Notes: generated by a model from the letters alone, not told the origin. Numbered from the whole stretch's first letter, positions 35,543-48,669 are shown. The stretch: 62,586 bases of DNA, filler included, from Globobulimina sp. (GCA_003354225.1; 39 parts of 39 records of this genome joined end to end with filler, not necessarily neighbours in it); one strand, 5' to 3'. Made by a program: numbers and translations.

Positions 35543-36882
35543 ATGCCTAAAAATGCAAACATGGTGAAGAAGGCGAACGAAGATGCAAGTCGTAAACTTG
35601 CGATTAAAGGCACAGGATTGTGGTCGAAAGGCGTTATTGATCATACACTGAAAAAGGGATTAATCAAAACGGCAAAATTATATGGCATTAAAATTAAAGT
35701 TAATGATAAATGGGTGGCTATAACAAATGCAAATAGCGTAAAAGATATTAGACAGAGAGTGTATCAATGGAACAGGGCAAATCCAAGGAAAAAGAAATTA
35801 AAACCAAGGTCAAAGGCAAAGCCAAAGAAGGTGTTGAAAAAAGGACAAAATGCAAAGAAATCAGACGAATATAACGATGACGACGACGACGAATATTACA
35901 CAGATTCATCAGCCGACGACGAATTGTTAAGCTCCTCCTCATCAGCAGACAATGGAAATAATAATGAATCAGAAGATTCGACCGATGATGAAGTGATGGT
36001 TTGCGCATACGATGGAACGAATGAATTACATCCATTGCCTGCTATAAGTACTGCTATGACTCAGGTGATGACTCAGGTCGAACAATCAATCGGATTGAAT
36101 AGTTTAGTATATATATTTTTAAATTATATTAAAACATATTTAAACATATTAAAACATATTTAAACATATTTATAAACAAATAATATAACAGTTAATGACG
36201 AAGAAACTACCGAGGCCAAAAACGTAAGTAAAAATATGAACACTTTGGCGCAATATTACAATCAAAAATATTACCATCAAAAACATAAAAGAATTATATC
36301 AAAAATATTAAATCCAGACATATTAAATCAAGACATATTAAATCAAGTATCACCCGACGAATTTGTTGATACGGATACGGAACGGAGTGCAATGCAGCAA
36401 AGTGATGTTGATTCTGCGAATACGCGGGCCGGTAATAATACTGCGAATATGCGTAATGATATTGGTGGAGTAGGTATTATTGATAATGGAGTTGATCCAA
36501 GCAACGAAATGGATGTTGACCAGATCGACGAAATGGGTGTAAATATGATTGATAAGATTGCGCAGAATACCATCCCATTCCTCACTATTCCTATCATTCC
36601 CTTACCAGAAATATCAATGATTGCCACCACCAAACCGTCGACAAACACCATATCAAATAAATCTGTATTTGTGCCTCCCTTACAACCAATATCAATGATA
36701 CCACAAATTCCCTTACAACCAATATCAATGATTGCCACCACCAAACCGTCGACAAACACCACTAAACCGTCGACAAACACCACCAAACCGTCGACAGTAT
36801 CTGTGCCTCTATCAACCACACCAAATACAAATAACGTGAAGAAGGTACCAATGGTAATTGATAGTACTGGCGAATCGCAACA
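35543..36882 (+). CDS. Low-complexity protein (basic N-terminus, acidic tract, TTKPSTN repeats); intron 36102-36191; 3'-partial
   Basis: Two ORFs joined in frame by a GTTTAG...AACAG intron containing AAACATATT repeats. Confidence 0.5.
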
Positions 36883-37004
36883 NNNNNNNNNNNNNNNNNN
36901 NNNNNNNNNNNNNNNNNNNNNNNNNNTTAATTAATTAANNNNNNNNNNNNNNNNNNNNNNNNNNNNNNNNNNNNNNNNNNNNTATTTATTTAAAACATTT
37001 AATT

Positions 37005-37875
37005 ATGCAAAGTTGCGCATTAACAAGACAGCAATTATTAGAATGTGACTTTAATTCTGGTCTACGATATGTTTGGAGCGATGTACAGGATAAAGTTACG
37101 CAAATATTAGCTTTGGGCTTCTCTAGAAATGAAGCATTGGAAGCAATTATGGTCACTGACAACAAACAAGTCGAGTTGGTATGTAATGTTTTATTGCGAA
37201 TCTGCGTATTATTTATTTGTTTATTTGTTTTAGGCGGCACAATATTTATTAACTGACGAAGAAACACGAAAAATGGAATATGAACGAGCGAAGAGGCAAA
37301 GAAATCAAAGTGTTCCACCCAACCGTCATTGGACTATTATTGAGCGCATCAAAGAGGAGAAAAACCAGAAATTAGATTGGCAAAAGAAGAGTGGCAATGA
37401 GCTGTTGTTAGAGATTCAGAAATTGAAAGGGCGGTTGAACTCAATCCGTCGGAAACGCTTAGAGTTAGAAAAGAGAAGGGACGAAATCGCAAAGTCATCG
37501 CGTTTGACATTGTATAAAGAATATATGCGGGGAATAGTGGCCGAGGAAGAAATAAATACGGCAGAATTGACCCATATGGATCGGTACAAAACCCAAAGGA
37601 AAATAAATGAGGAGGACCATATGAACACTTTAAAAGCACTCAATTATAACAATGAAAGCTTTGATGCATTAAAATCGTACGAAGATGTGACTACGAATGA
37701 GGATGAATGTGTTGTTTGTTATGAGCCGCCCAAAGACCATATGATTCTGCCCTGTAATCATGTTTGTCTTTGTCCTGAATGTGCCGAGGAGAATTTCCCT
37801 GCTCCTCATACTGGACAAAAATGTCCACTCTGTTCAAAGGATATAGAGAAAGTTAAACAAGTCTATTATTTTTAG
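37005..37875 (+). CDS. UBA + coiled-coil + C-terminal RING-HC E3 ligase; intron near 37179-37232
   Basis: ALGFSRNEALEAIMVTDNKQVEL/AAQYLL (UBA); CVVCYEPPKDHMILPCNHVCLCPEC...CPLC. Confidence 0.85.
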
Positions 37876-40196
37876 ATTGCAATGTATTCTTTTCTTTTCT
37901 TTTTATTTCATTGTGTTGTGCTGTTTTGTTTAAATTCAACTGATCAACTTTATGGTGCGCGACTATCCTACGAATAGCTATAAAATGATTAAAATCAGAT
38001 GCAAAGCAATGAGCGGATCCTTCTAAGTTCTAAATGGAGATGGACAAAATAAGTAATATTACAGCATGCACTCAGCACCGGATGTGACAGGAAATAGTTT
38101 CAAGTAAAGATCATTTATAAAATTGGATACTATCAATTTAGGAATAAAAATGATTCGTTAAATATCAATTTGTGAAAAATATGGTATGGACAGAATTGCA
38201 AAGTTGTATTGTTTTTGTAAATAATTGGTAACAATTAAAAGCATATGAATCATAATTTGATAATTTCGGCAAAAGTATGTAATAAATATTGAAGAGAATT
38301 TATGTGTGACAGTGTCGAATGAATACAAATGGATATTATCAGAGCTATTAGTTGAAAATATTAAGAATTCCGCATTTAACGGCTGTTTTACTTTTGGTGG
38401 TTTTGATTTTTATGTAAACACAAATGATGATATTTATATTGTTGATGTGCAGCACATTATGCGTTACATTTAACAAATATATAAACAAANNNNNNNNNNN
38501 NNNNNNNNNNNNNNNNNNNNNNNNNNNNNNNNNTTAATTAATTAANNNNNNNNNNNNNNNNNNNNNNNNNNNNNNNNNNNNNNNNNNNNAGGCATGGGCA
38601 AATTAAAGCAGGCATTTGGAGAGGAACCAACCTTGTTGGGCCACAAGGGCATCTAAAGTGCACTGGATGCCTGGCCCAAGATCAATTATTGATGTTCTAC
38701 CCCCTGCAAGCCAAAAAGGTAGTTACGAGGCGTCGTAGTACTATCACATTGATTCCAGTCTCCACCATATTAGTCATTTACAAGAATTAGAATATGGATT
38801 GGATTGTAGTCCAAAGAATTCAAGAACAAGGATGGGGCAAACAAGATTAGGTACAAAGGAGAGCTACACCGATGAGAAGAAAGGCGGACAGATGGAGCAT
38901 TTCAGCATTGAAAACCTGTGGCAATGACACTTCAGCAGGAAAGGAATGACAGTAATGATTAGTAGTAGTTATGCTCATAAAGCAAAATTTGCCCGGTACC
39001 CTATTTTTTGGAGAAGGGGGGGGAACTGTCATTGGTGATTCCAGTTTTTGTAGTATTAGATATAAGTAATAAACGAAGGTGCTTTTATGTTTTGTGTTTC
39101 GTTGCATGTTTTGTTGCATGTTGTTTAGAATTCTTGCATGGTTTGAAGCTTAAAATAAGTGGTCAGCTTAAGGTAAGTAATGACACAAGGCAACCAAGAG
39201 CATTCGGATCAACGTCAATGAAGAGACCCATCAGTTCATCACTCGGTAAAATCGTATCAAATAAGCTACCAACTTATATCACAATTCTTTGGCTTTAATA
39301 AATTTAAATTGTCCCCTTAGGACATCATTAAAACAATCGATTGGTACCCTCGATTGGTAACATAGATGGTGGATAAGTTTATTTTTATTTTTAGTCAGGA
39401 ATTTGATTAAATCGATTCTATTTTCAGTTCGGAAGCACTATGCAATCGTCCAGAGGTATGGCAAGAAGCGAAAAGCAAAAGGAGGAGCAGGAAGGCATGT
39501 AATATCAAGTGCCTTGAATTACACTTCGCGACCAACAAAACCGCTCCGCGTATTGTCGATGCGTCCCTGCCAATAATCAAATAAAAGACGATCAATTGAT
39601 GTGCAGGACAAATGCCAACATGAAGTGATTACGCTATAAAAGACCATGGTAGCGGCTAAATTCCGGACAAATTAGACGTCATTCCATGCGACGCCAGGCC
39701 TTTTCTGCGACACTTTGCCATATTATTATGGACAGATATATTTGCATACTATCGTCGTGCAGTGCCTTTTCGAACTGTAAATAGTACGACTACTTTTTGA
39801 TACATATTATCATTCTTGATATTAGATCTTGACTGTTATTGGTTGGCGTTTAGTGCTCATATTTGTGTATATAAAGAAAGTCATCGATCTTGCAGGTACA
39901 CCTTTTACTCAGCATTAGTGTAGTATTTACTAAGTGAGCCGATTATATCTATTCATTGCTCTCGGCATCGCAGACCTGCTCTTCATCATTCTAACAGTGT
40001 GGTGTGAGTTATCTGCCAGCGTGTGAAGACCGTGAATTGAGTTCTAGAGTCCTTCGCCATTGGTAACATCACTCACTTGCATCATACTGTTACAGTNNNN
40101 NNNNNNNNNNNNNNNNNNNNNNNNNNNNNNNNNNNNNNNNTTAATTAATTAANNNNNNNNNNNNNNNNNNNNNNNNNNNNNNNNNNNNNNNNNNNN

Positions 40197-41367
40197 AAAT
40201 TGTTTGGTTCGCAAGAATTTGGTATATCCATATCACAGCATCCAATATAAACTGCATTGTCACACCATTTCATATCTGCGATAGATGCGGTCAGTGCAGA
40301 TTCGATACATTGGCAATTGATGCAATTCGGTATTGCTGCTTGGTTTGAATATCGATTATCTGTGTTATATACAACTGCAACATTGCCTTGATTCAGTTGC
40401 AGCAAAGCAGTTAAATTTCCATGTCCAATGCCATAGATTTGGAGTTGTGACAGATCTGTTATATTATGGCCAAAATTATAAATCTCAAAATATTGTTCAT
40501 TGTTGGCTCCATTCAGTTGGATCTCTGTTATTTTAATCAATGGCCGGTCTGCGTAGTAAATTAATATATATATTCTATGCCGCCTGCAAAGTGCAACATT
40601 GTTTTACTAAACGTGGACATGTAATGGCTTCCATAGACGGCACAAAATCAGAGAGCTGAGCTGCGTCGGTGACGGAGGTTATTAATCCTTGGTAGTTTTG
40701 CTCGGATGAACCGACGCATGTTAATGGATATTTGTTGAAGTGCCCGATTGCTATGATATATGTTGCTATTTCTGTGGGAGTAAAATTAAGGTTTATATAT
40801 TATTAAATTGGATATATTATGGAACAAACCATTCGATCGCATGTTTATTTTGCACGGGGATTGCTTGAATTGCTGTGATGCGAAAATGATTAATATTTTA
40901 CGGGTTTGTGCGGAGGAAGAGGCAGTAAATAAATGTAAGGCATTTTGTAATGATAATTGTAGATAGAAATGAGACTGAGATGTTTGTCGAAGATCAGGTA
41001 ATGTGAATTGTATGGTGTTTGAAAGTGGTTCTTCGTCGAATGATAATGTGAGGGTGGAGGTAATCGATGTATTTGCGGTTTGTAATATTGCTGTACGGGT
41101 TGTGGTGAATGATGGAGAGCCATAATATAATAAATCAGACGCAAATTGTGTGGAATATGCCCATTGTTGCCAAGTCATTGAGGAATCGAATATAAATACT
41201 ATATCTTGATCCCATTGTACTTGACCACAAATGCAATCTGAGTCTGCAGTGAATGTACAATATCCATCCAACTCACATGTAATTCTGCTCAGATTAGAAC
41301 ATTGTGATTGAGTGTAAGTAATCATTAACGACATTAAGAGTAATACTTTTAGGAAAGAGGGTGACAT
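40197..41367 (-). CDS. Secreted protein with a degenerate VWA domain and a lamin-tail-like domain, multi-exon, 3'-partial
   Basis: Signal peptide; QDIVFIFDSS...RKILIIFAS (VWA); IKITEIQLNG...QYFEIYN (LTD). Confidence 0.65.
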
Positions 41368-41803
41368 TAGGTGTTATATAATAAACCTTTTCTCTCAACA
41401 CATCACAAAACAGTTCATCCTTATTTTCAATTCACTTGCAGTCAGTGGGAGAAACCACATAATAAAAGGGCAAGTTTTGCCTGCGTAATACCCAAAATGT
41501 CTGCAGCCAAACCACAGGTCCGATGCTTATATTCGTGTCCGTGAAGATAACATGTTTGTATATTCAGGCCACATTCAGTGATAAGTTGGAGGACGAGAAT
41601 GAATATCGAGTTTCATGGACGATTGGTTCAAAATGTTTGGTTTATTCGGAGGTGGCAAGTGAATGGATATTGGGTGAAGTAATACGAATATTCATGGCTA
41701 ATGNNNNNNNNNNNNNNNNNNNNNNNNNNNNNNNNNNNNNNNNNNNNTTAATTAATTAANNNNNNNNNNNNNNNNNNNNNNNNNNNNNNNNNNNNNNNNN
41801 NNN

Positions 41804-42636
41804 ATGTCGAGCATTTAATGTTAAACATGAAAACGCTTGGAGGCGCAGTTCGAAAACCTCCACAAAGCTGTTCCACACCACCAAAAGCTCCACATTGCAG
41901 ATCCGCAATAAATGAGCCTGCAATTATCGATCCTAAATTAATTAAAACTGTATGGGACAATCACTGTATTTTAGAACATTTCAAATTGACGAAAATGAAA
42001 ATATGACACTCGAATAATGCGGTAATTTCAATCAATAATAACCAAAATAATTACGATGAATTATTGTTGATCAAACAAAACATTTTCAAGTATCATTCGA
42101 TTATCCCTTATTCACAAAAATATATTTACAATTTTCAATCATTTCAAACGCCGCCTTTTGCCAAAAATATAGCAAAACTCGGCAAAAATTGTGTCATCGA
42201 TAATATTGACATCGATAAATACATAAAACAATTGAAAAACAGCTCAGCTTCGATCAAACGGCAAACAACAACTCATTGCAAATCGTTGCCGTTAAATGAA
42301 ATCGTCAAAAAAGCCGCATATAAATCCTTCAATGATAAAATGGACATTTTTTATAAGAAAATCAAAAAACATTATCAAAAAAAAATACACCGCCAACTTA
42401 ATTTTAATCAATCTATGAAATTCCAATTCGATCAATTCCAAGCAAAGAATTATGTTTTTGTCGAATTAGACAAAAATATGGGATTAGAAATAATGCATAA
42501 AAGCCAATTATTAGAGTCTTCATACAAAATATTAGATGGCGAGAATTTTATCACTTTATCTCAAGAAGAACAAGAAATTTCTGGTTGTCTTATCAGACAA
42601 ATTTATAAATTCTATCGTGAATTTGATAGAACGTAA
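41804..42636 (+). pseudogene. Degenerate Penelope-like retroelement ORF (region N-terminal to the RT core)
   Basis: One frame broken by TGA at 42004; VFVELDKNMGLEIMHK...KILDGENF resembles the PLE 'ADKN.G..I' motif. Confidence 0.5.
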
Positions 42637-42732
42637 ACTTTGAATGTGGGATAACTTTCAAACACAAGCATAAATCACCCGCGTTCTCTCCAGGTTTTTC
42701 GCCCACATTCAAAGTACCTTTTCGCCCACATT

Positions 42733-43310
42733 AACTCCTCAAAAATCGCATATTTTATCCACAAATAAATGTACCTTTTCCAGTACCGTTTGTCCGAAAT
42801 AATAGGCGGAGTTTGGGCGATGGCTCGCTCGTAAATCTCCCGAATTTGATCGAAATGCCCCGAATCCAACGCATTCTCTTCCAATCGGATATAATCGAAC
42901 CACAAATTATAATTCTTGGCATTATCAACCAATTCCTGCTCATATTCCATGCGCTTCTTTTGCAAAATCACCATATCGATGCTCTCTTTGTTGCCGTACC
43001 GTTTCTCGAATAGCATATATTCATTATACAGTTCGTACGCTTTATATTTGGCGATGTGGTCCAAGGAATATTTATAAATAATTCGCGCCCTCTCATACTC
43101 TTTGCAGTGGATCTCGAAGTTGGCGAAGGAGCTATAAAATAAAGTGGATAACTCATCAGAATCCAGCTCATTTATGCCCCGTTCATAGATCTTTCGAGCA
43201 AACACTGCCGAACCACTATGTTTATACTCCAATTCCGCGTATTTAATGTACACTTTTTCGTCGTTTGTGGCGTTTTTGGATAAGTATCGGTCATAAATTA
43301 GTCGACAACG
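42733..43310 (-). CDS. CRNKL1: Crooked neck-like splicing factor (HAT repeats), internal fragment truncated at a rearranged junction
   Basis: KEYERARIIYKYSLDHI, FEKRYGNKESIDMVILQKKRMEYE, NYNLWFDYIRLEE, REIYERAIAQTPP, WKRYIYLWIKYAIFEEL. Confidence 0.93.
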
Positions 43311-43571
43311 NNNNNNNNNNNNNNNNNNNNNNNNNNNNNNNNNNNNNNNNNNNNTTAATTAATTAANNNNNNNNNNNNNNNNNNNNNNNNNNNNNNNNNN
43401 NNNNNNNNNNGCAGCTGTATGCCATTATTTTCAAGGTTCCGGAACTAAAACTAAAACTAATTACACAGGTTGGAAGAGTTTCCTACAAGATAATCCTGAC
43501 CGACTTAAAAAAAAATAAAATCATATACTTTTTACCAGCTGTAAATCATAACAAATAATTTATTTTCCTGA

Positions 43572-44917
43572 ATGACAAATACTGAAAACAATCCAAATAA
43601 ATACTACGAAGAGCAACGTAATAAATTTACAGCGGCATTTCTTGAGGTAAATAAAAAGATCCGGTTAATCTCATTAATTAGAATTATTGTTTTTATAACA
43701 ATCGCTGTTGGTATATACATCACAGTTGCAAATGGACATGAAATACTTGCAATTATGTTTACTTGTGGGATTGGCGTTTTTATCTATTTGGTTAGGGTAC
43801 ATGGCGATTTAGAGAGAAAAAAGGTTTGGAATCAAACACTTATTGATATAAATAATGATGAGTTAAAACTGCTGGAGCGTAATACTGAAAACATGGATAA
43901 TGGTTCTGAGTTTTTACAATCAGCGCATCCCTACAATGAAGATCTCGACATTTTTGGTAATAGGTCGTTGTTCCAGTTAATTAACCGAACTGCCACAACA
44001 AATGGAAGAATTGACTTAGCTAACAGACTAAACAAACTGGTAACCGATGATATAATTCTCAAAATTCGTCAACAGGCAATTTCCGAATTAAGCGATAAAC
44101 CTGAGTGGAGACAAAGTTTTCAGGCTGTCGGAAGGATTTTCCATGAAAAACAAAATGATTTAAAAGGGTTATTAGAATGGTCCCTTACTTCGGAATCTAA
44201 ATTTAACACCTTCTTTTATCGGGCAATGTTAATTATCAACCCATTGATAGGGTTTGGGATATTAACACTTATTGAATTGCAGATACTTACAATTAGTGCG
44301 TTTTTATGGTTCTTGTTACTTCCAGTTTTAGTTGTGGGAACTAAGCTAGGTGTATTGAATAAAATACATGTTCAGGTTAGTAAAAAATCAGGGCTTCTGT
44401 TAAAATATGCCAAACTGTTTACGTTAATTACACATGAAGGATTTAATTCGGATTTGATAAATGATATTAAAGAGAATATAACAGGCGAACACTCGGCTCA
44501 CATTGCAGTTAATAGTCTGGCAAAAATCACTAAATCGATGGATTACAGGCTAAACATGCTTGTAGGAGTATTTTTAAATGTTTTCTTTTTGTGGGATATA
44601 AGGCAGGCAATTAAAATTGAGAAGTGGAAAAAGCGCAATGCTACTTACATGGAGAACTGGTTTAATCAGCTCTCTGCCATGGATGAATTACAATCGTTCG
44701 CCGGGTTTGCTTATAATTTCCCTAAATCAATATTTCCTGAGTTTAGTAATAAAGAATTTGAATTTAATGCGTTAAATGTCTCTCACCCTTTTATCTCACA
44801 AAATGAAAGTATTGGCAATGATATTATTGTTGATGGATGGAAGCAGTTTCATATAATTACAGGAGCAAATATGGCCGGGAAAAGTACTTATCTGAGAACT
44901 GTTGGAGTTAACATGGT
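43572..44917 (+). CDS. Bacterial MutS-related protein (N-terminal TM helices, MutS domain V ATPase), Bacteroidota-like, 3'-partial
   Basis: HPYNEDLDIFGNRSLFQLINRTAT..G, HPFI, IITGANMAGKSTYLRTVGVN; no introns. Confidence 0.9.
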
Positions 44918-45017
44918 NNNNNNNNNNNNNNNNNNNNNNNNNNNNNNNNNNNNNNNNNNNNTTAATTAATTAANNNNNNNNNNNNNNNNNNNNNNNNNNN
45001 NNNNNNNNNNNNNNNNN

Positions 45018-46233
45018 GTGATATAGATGGTGATGCAGATGGATTTTGAGTTGGCGATGCCGCGGTATTCAACCCACTGACATTCATACAAAATAATGAC
45101 TGCTGCCCATCATTACATAAACAAGGAAAACTACCATTTTTACCCACATCCCAGGTTCCATTATATTTCAAACACATAATTTCATAAAAAAATAACAATA
45201 GATTGCTCTGGAAATCATCAATATTTTCTTTAAGATGTGCATCATGTCTGTTACCCATAAAAATACACACTTTCGTTATTTCATCGCAATTATGTTCCCA
45301 CGGTGTTGCTGTGGCACATTTCAAGCTTCGATCTGAATCAAATTGCCGCGCTGATATTGTAGCAATGCTCTCAAAGGTTACACCTTGATCACAATGGTTC
45401 CAATCCAACCATTTCTTATATTCCTCATACAAACTGGTACAATTTTCCTCAAATGAATCGATTTTCAAATTGCCATTACATTTTTGTTTGTGACAACATC
45501 CAGTTACTTTGACAAAATTGTCCTTGTCACCATGTTGAAAGAAAATAGGTACTGATTTGTGCAAATATGGATCATCACTCATCTGCAGTTTCACATCATT
45601 TACATCGTAAATAAAGCCTAAAAGTGGGGCAAACGCGGTGATGGGAAGGAAATCTTGACCCATTGCATAGGACCATGCCATTTCATCAGCCATAAAACCG
45701 CCATTTGACATTCCTGTGACAAATAATTGAATATTATCGGCAGTGATACTCATTATATCGCTAAATAATATGCTAATATTTGCAATGGACGATGCGATTA
45801 CATTTTCAATAAATTCTAAGTCGTTTACATTTTGAGCAACACCCTCGCCACAACAATATATTCCATTCCATGAGTTATCATTATGTAAACCAACCGGCGC
45901 TATGACAATAAATCCATACTGTTCAGCATAAATATGTAATTTGGTTAATTTTTTTACAAATTCATAAATGTCATTACCGAATCCATGTAATGCCACAATG
46001 ATTGGAAGTGGAAGCAATGTTCGTGTGTGTTCATCATTGCTTACATTGTTGGAATTCATTGAAAAGAACCGTAAATATGATTCTTTACTGCATACAAATG
46101 ACGGGATATACATTGTAGATGTTCTATTCTCAAAATCATACGTTTGTATGTCACCGCATTTTCTTTGAATGTCGGTACATTGTTTGGGATGTATCAAAAA
46201 TAAAAGCATCAAGAAGCTAATCTTTGACACCAT
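45018..46233 (-). CDS. Secreted PHB-depolymerase/feruloyl esterase-like alpha/beta hydrolase (LpqC-type), 3'-partial
   Basis: Signal peptide; PIIVALHGFG, SWNGIYCCG...NDLEFI, VTGMSNGGFMA, QHGDKD, followed by a Ser/Pro/Thr linker. Confidence 0.85.
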
Positions 46234-46625
46234 GGTGATTTAATATGTTTTGACTGCAAAAAAAAACTACACTAAATATTCGCATCATTTTAATCAAAGC
46301 GCAGCCGAACCAGAACTGGATCTTTAACCAACATTGCAGTGAACCGAGCAAACTAATACATACATAATGAGTACGTTACTTATTTTTATCCTCGCACATT
46401 TTTACAGATCGCACGCACCAAAAAACAACCCACACAAACATAGGCACACCGCCACCCTTCTTTTCATCAGAACCAATACAAAATCTGCAGCCTGGAGGTG
46501 GATCCAAATCATTACCAGCCCCATNNNNNNNNNNNNNNNNNNNNNNNNNNNNNNNNNNNNNNNNNNNNTTAATTAATTAANNNNNNNNNNNNNNNNNNNN
46601 NNNNNNNNNNNNNNNNNNNNNNNNG

Positions 46626-46725
46626 TGGTTTTCAACCTAGTATTCGAAGTTGACCTAGTATTCGATGACCTAGGTCAACTTCGAATACTAGGTTGAAAAC
46701 CAATCTAGCTAACCAAAAACTTTGC
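46626..46725. mobile_element. Palindromic MITE-like repeat, family A copy 1
   Basis: Perfect 33-bp inverted repeat 46626-46658/46670-46702; 35 bp identical to 56311-56345. Confidence 0.75.
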
Positions 46726-46920
46726 TAATCGTTGAAACTTTGAAAATCTTGAATTTCTGTGAAAACACGTTTTATCAAACAAGATAAAAACGTTGCTGAA
46801 AAGTAGCGCAATTAATTTTATGAAGGTCCGTGATGGACGAGTCAATGCTTGTAATAGTATTCCTGTGATCATTGTTTATGACGTATTTGATACTAAAATT
46901 ATTTAATATAATTACAATAT

Positions 46921-48096
46921 TTACAATTTATGCGACCATATGGCAAAATAAAGGCTTCCAGTTAACACAACACCACCCAATATATTCCCCAATGTCACAG
47001 GAATTTGATTCCAAACCCACCATTCACCAAAAGTATAAATATCACATTCATACACCAAACCCGCAGGTAATAAAAATAAATTTACAATGGAATGTTCGAA
47101 ACCTAAGCAAATAAATATCGCGATGGGTATATACATAGCAAATATTTTACCAACGGTTGATCGACTCGAAAAACTTAATAATACGCCCATTGTCACCATC
47201 CAATTACATAATATCCCATCAAACACTGCTCCAAACCACCCGCCAAGTCCTCCAGTTCTATGATATTTCATTACTTTATCCCCAGACACATCACACAGAG
47301 CAGCTTTGAATTCTTCATATCTCGGCAACTCCGCTGGATCTGCCTCACCAAAATGAGTCATGCCACCCCATAAAATAAATAAATACAACAATGCGCCCAG
47401 AAAATTACCACAATATACAACAATCCAATTAATTAATATCATTCCAACAGATATACCTTCTTTGAATTTAATATTATATTTGTCAGACAAATACGCCATG
47501 GGTAGTAAGGCAAAATTGCCAGTGGCTAAATCATTGCCCATTAATATCAACATCACAAAACCTGTTGGAAATAATAACGTTGCGGATATTTTGTCCCAAC
47601 CTGCGGACAAAGCATATACAGTTAAGCTAATACTAAATCCCAAGTAAGCACCTGACACAATGCAAATTTGTGTTGACAGCACGAGAAAGAAAGTGAATAT
47701 ACATTATACAGTACCTGACATCATTGCTTTCAATACAATGCGAAATATGTCCGGATAGACACGCCTAGTCATTGTTGACTGAGCTTTTTTAATTCCAATT
47801 TGTATGGCGGACTGCACGTTGTCTAATGGCGAAACATAATCAAATGAAGGTTGTTGATGAATGCATGTTGCTGAGCAGAGGCTTTTGCTTGACGGTGATA
47901 TGGATGATGCGGTCAAGAAACGTTGAGGCTGAGCGAGTTCAATTAAGTCGCTTTTTTCATCGTCTTTTTTTATCTGCTTTTTTTTCATCATTCTCTGTAT
48001 GATTTCTTTCAATGATTCATTTTCTTGTTGTAATTGTGTATTGTCTTCATTACCTGCCTTTTTCTGGGGTAATAACGGTGTGAATTGGCCTGACAT
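46921..48096 (-). CDS. Formate/nitrite transporter (FNT family); intron 47652-47714; complete
   Basis: KAMMS/GAYLGF, LLFPTGFVMLILMGNDLATGNF, NWIVVYCGNFLG, GILCNWMVTMG, GFEHSIVNLF, NQIPVTLGNILGG. Confidence 0.93.
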
Positions 48097-48480
48097 GGTA
48101 TAGCTCAACTGATTAAACGTTTTTTTTTTTGNNNNNNNNNNNNNNNNNNNNNNNNNNNNNNNNNNNNNNNNNNNNTTAATTAATTAANNNNNNNNNNNNN
48201 NNNNNNNNNNNNNNNNNNNNNNNNNNNNNNNATCGACATTTAGTGAAATTTACCTTTTTTGAAGTTTTGAAGAAATTGCATTTTTTCAAGTTTTAAAGCT
48301 TTTTCAAAAATCAAGATATTTACATTTTTTGCAAATTCAATAAAAAAAAAAGGGATAGATGCGTTCGAAAATGGTAATACATAAAAACCAGTGGCTAAAT
48401 AGTAAATATATTGTCTAGTTGATTCAGCGGTTTCAATAATATTTCTCCGTATACCTAGTGTATAAATGTTACAGTAATGT

Positions 48481-48669
48481 TCCCGATAAGAACTACACAT
48501 ATGATCCTAATCATATATATGACTTATGATAATATATTTAATAAAAAGGATAATATATTTCCCAAGAATACATATATGATCTTATATGTTCCCTTGACGT
48601 CCACCATTTATTAAATACTATCCTAAGTCATATATATGATTAGGATCATATGTGTAGTTCTTATCGGGA
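48481..48669. mobile_element. MITE-like element with perfect 46-bp terminal inverted repeats (family B)
   Basis: TCCCGATAAGAACTACACATATGATCCTAATCATATATATGACTTA at 48481-48526 and its exact reverse complement at 48624-48669. Confidence 0.8.

Noticed and set aside
36343-36819. Hydrophobic minus-strand ORF (VDGLVVF repeats)
   Set aside because: Antisense of the TTKPSTN repeats.
38590-40096. Degenerate LTR-retrotransposon gag on the minus strand
   Set aside because: Only faint resemblance (DELMGLFID, ACFN) amid many stops; cannot be supported without a profile search.
42004-42006. TGA readthrough or an alternative genetic code
   Set aside because: Further stops follow in the same frame, and conserved genes elsewhere end normally at TAA or TGA; decay is the simpler explanation.
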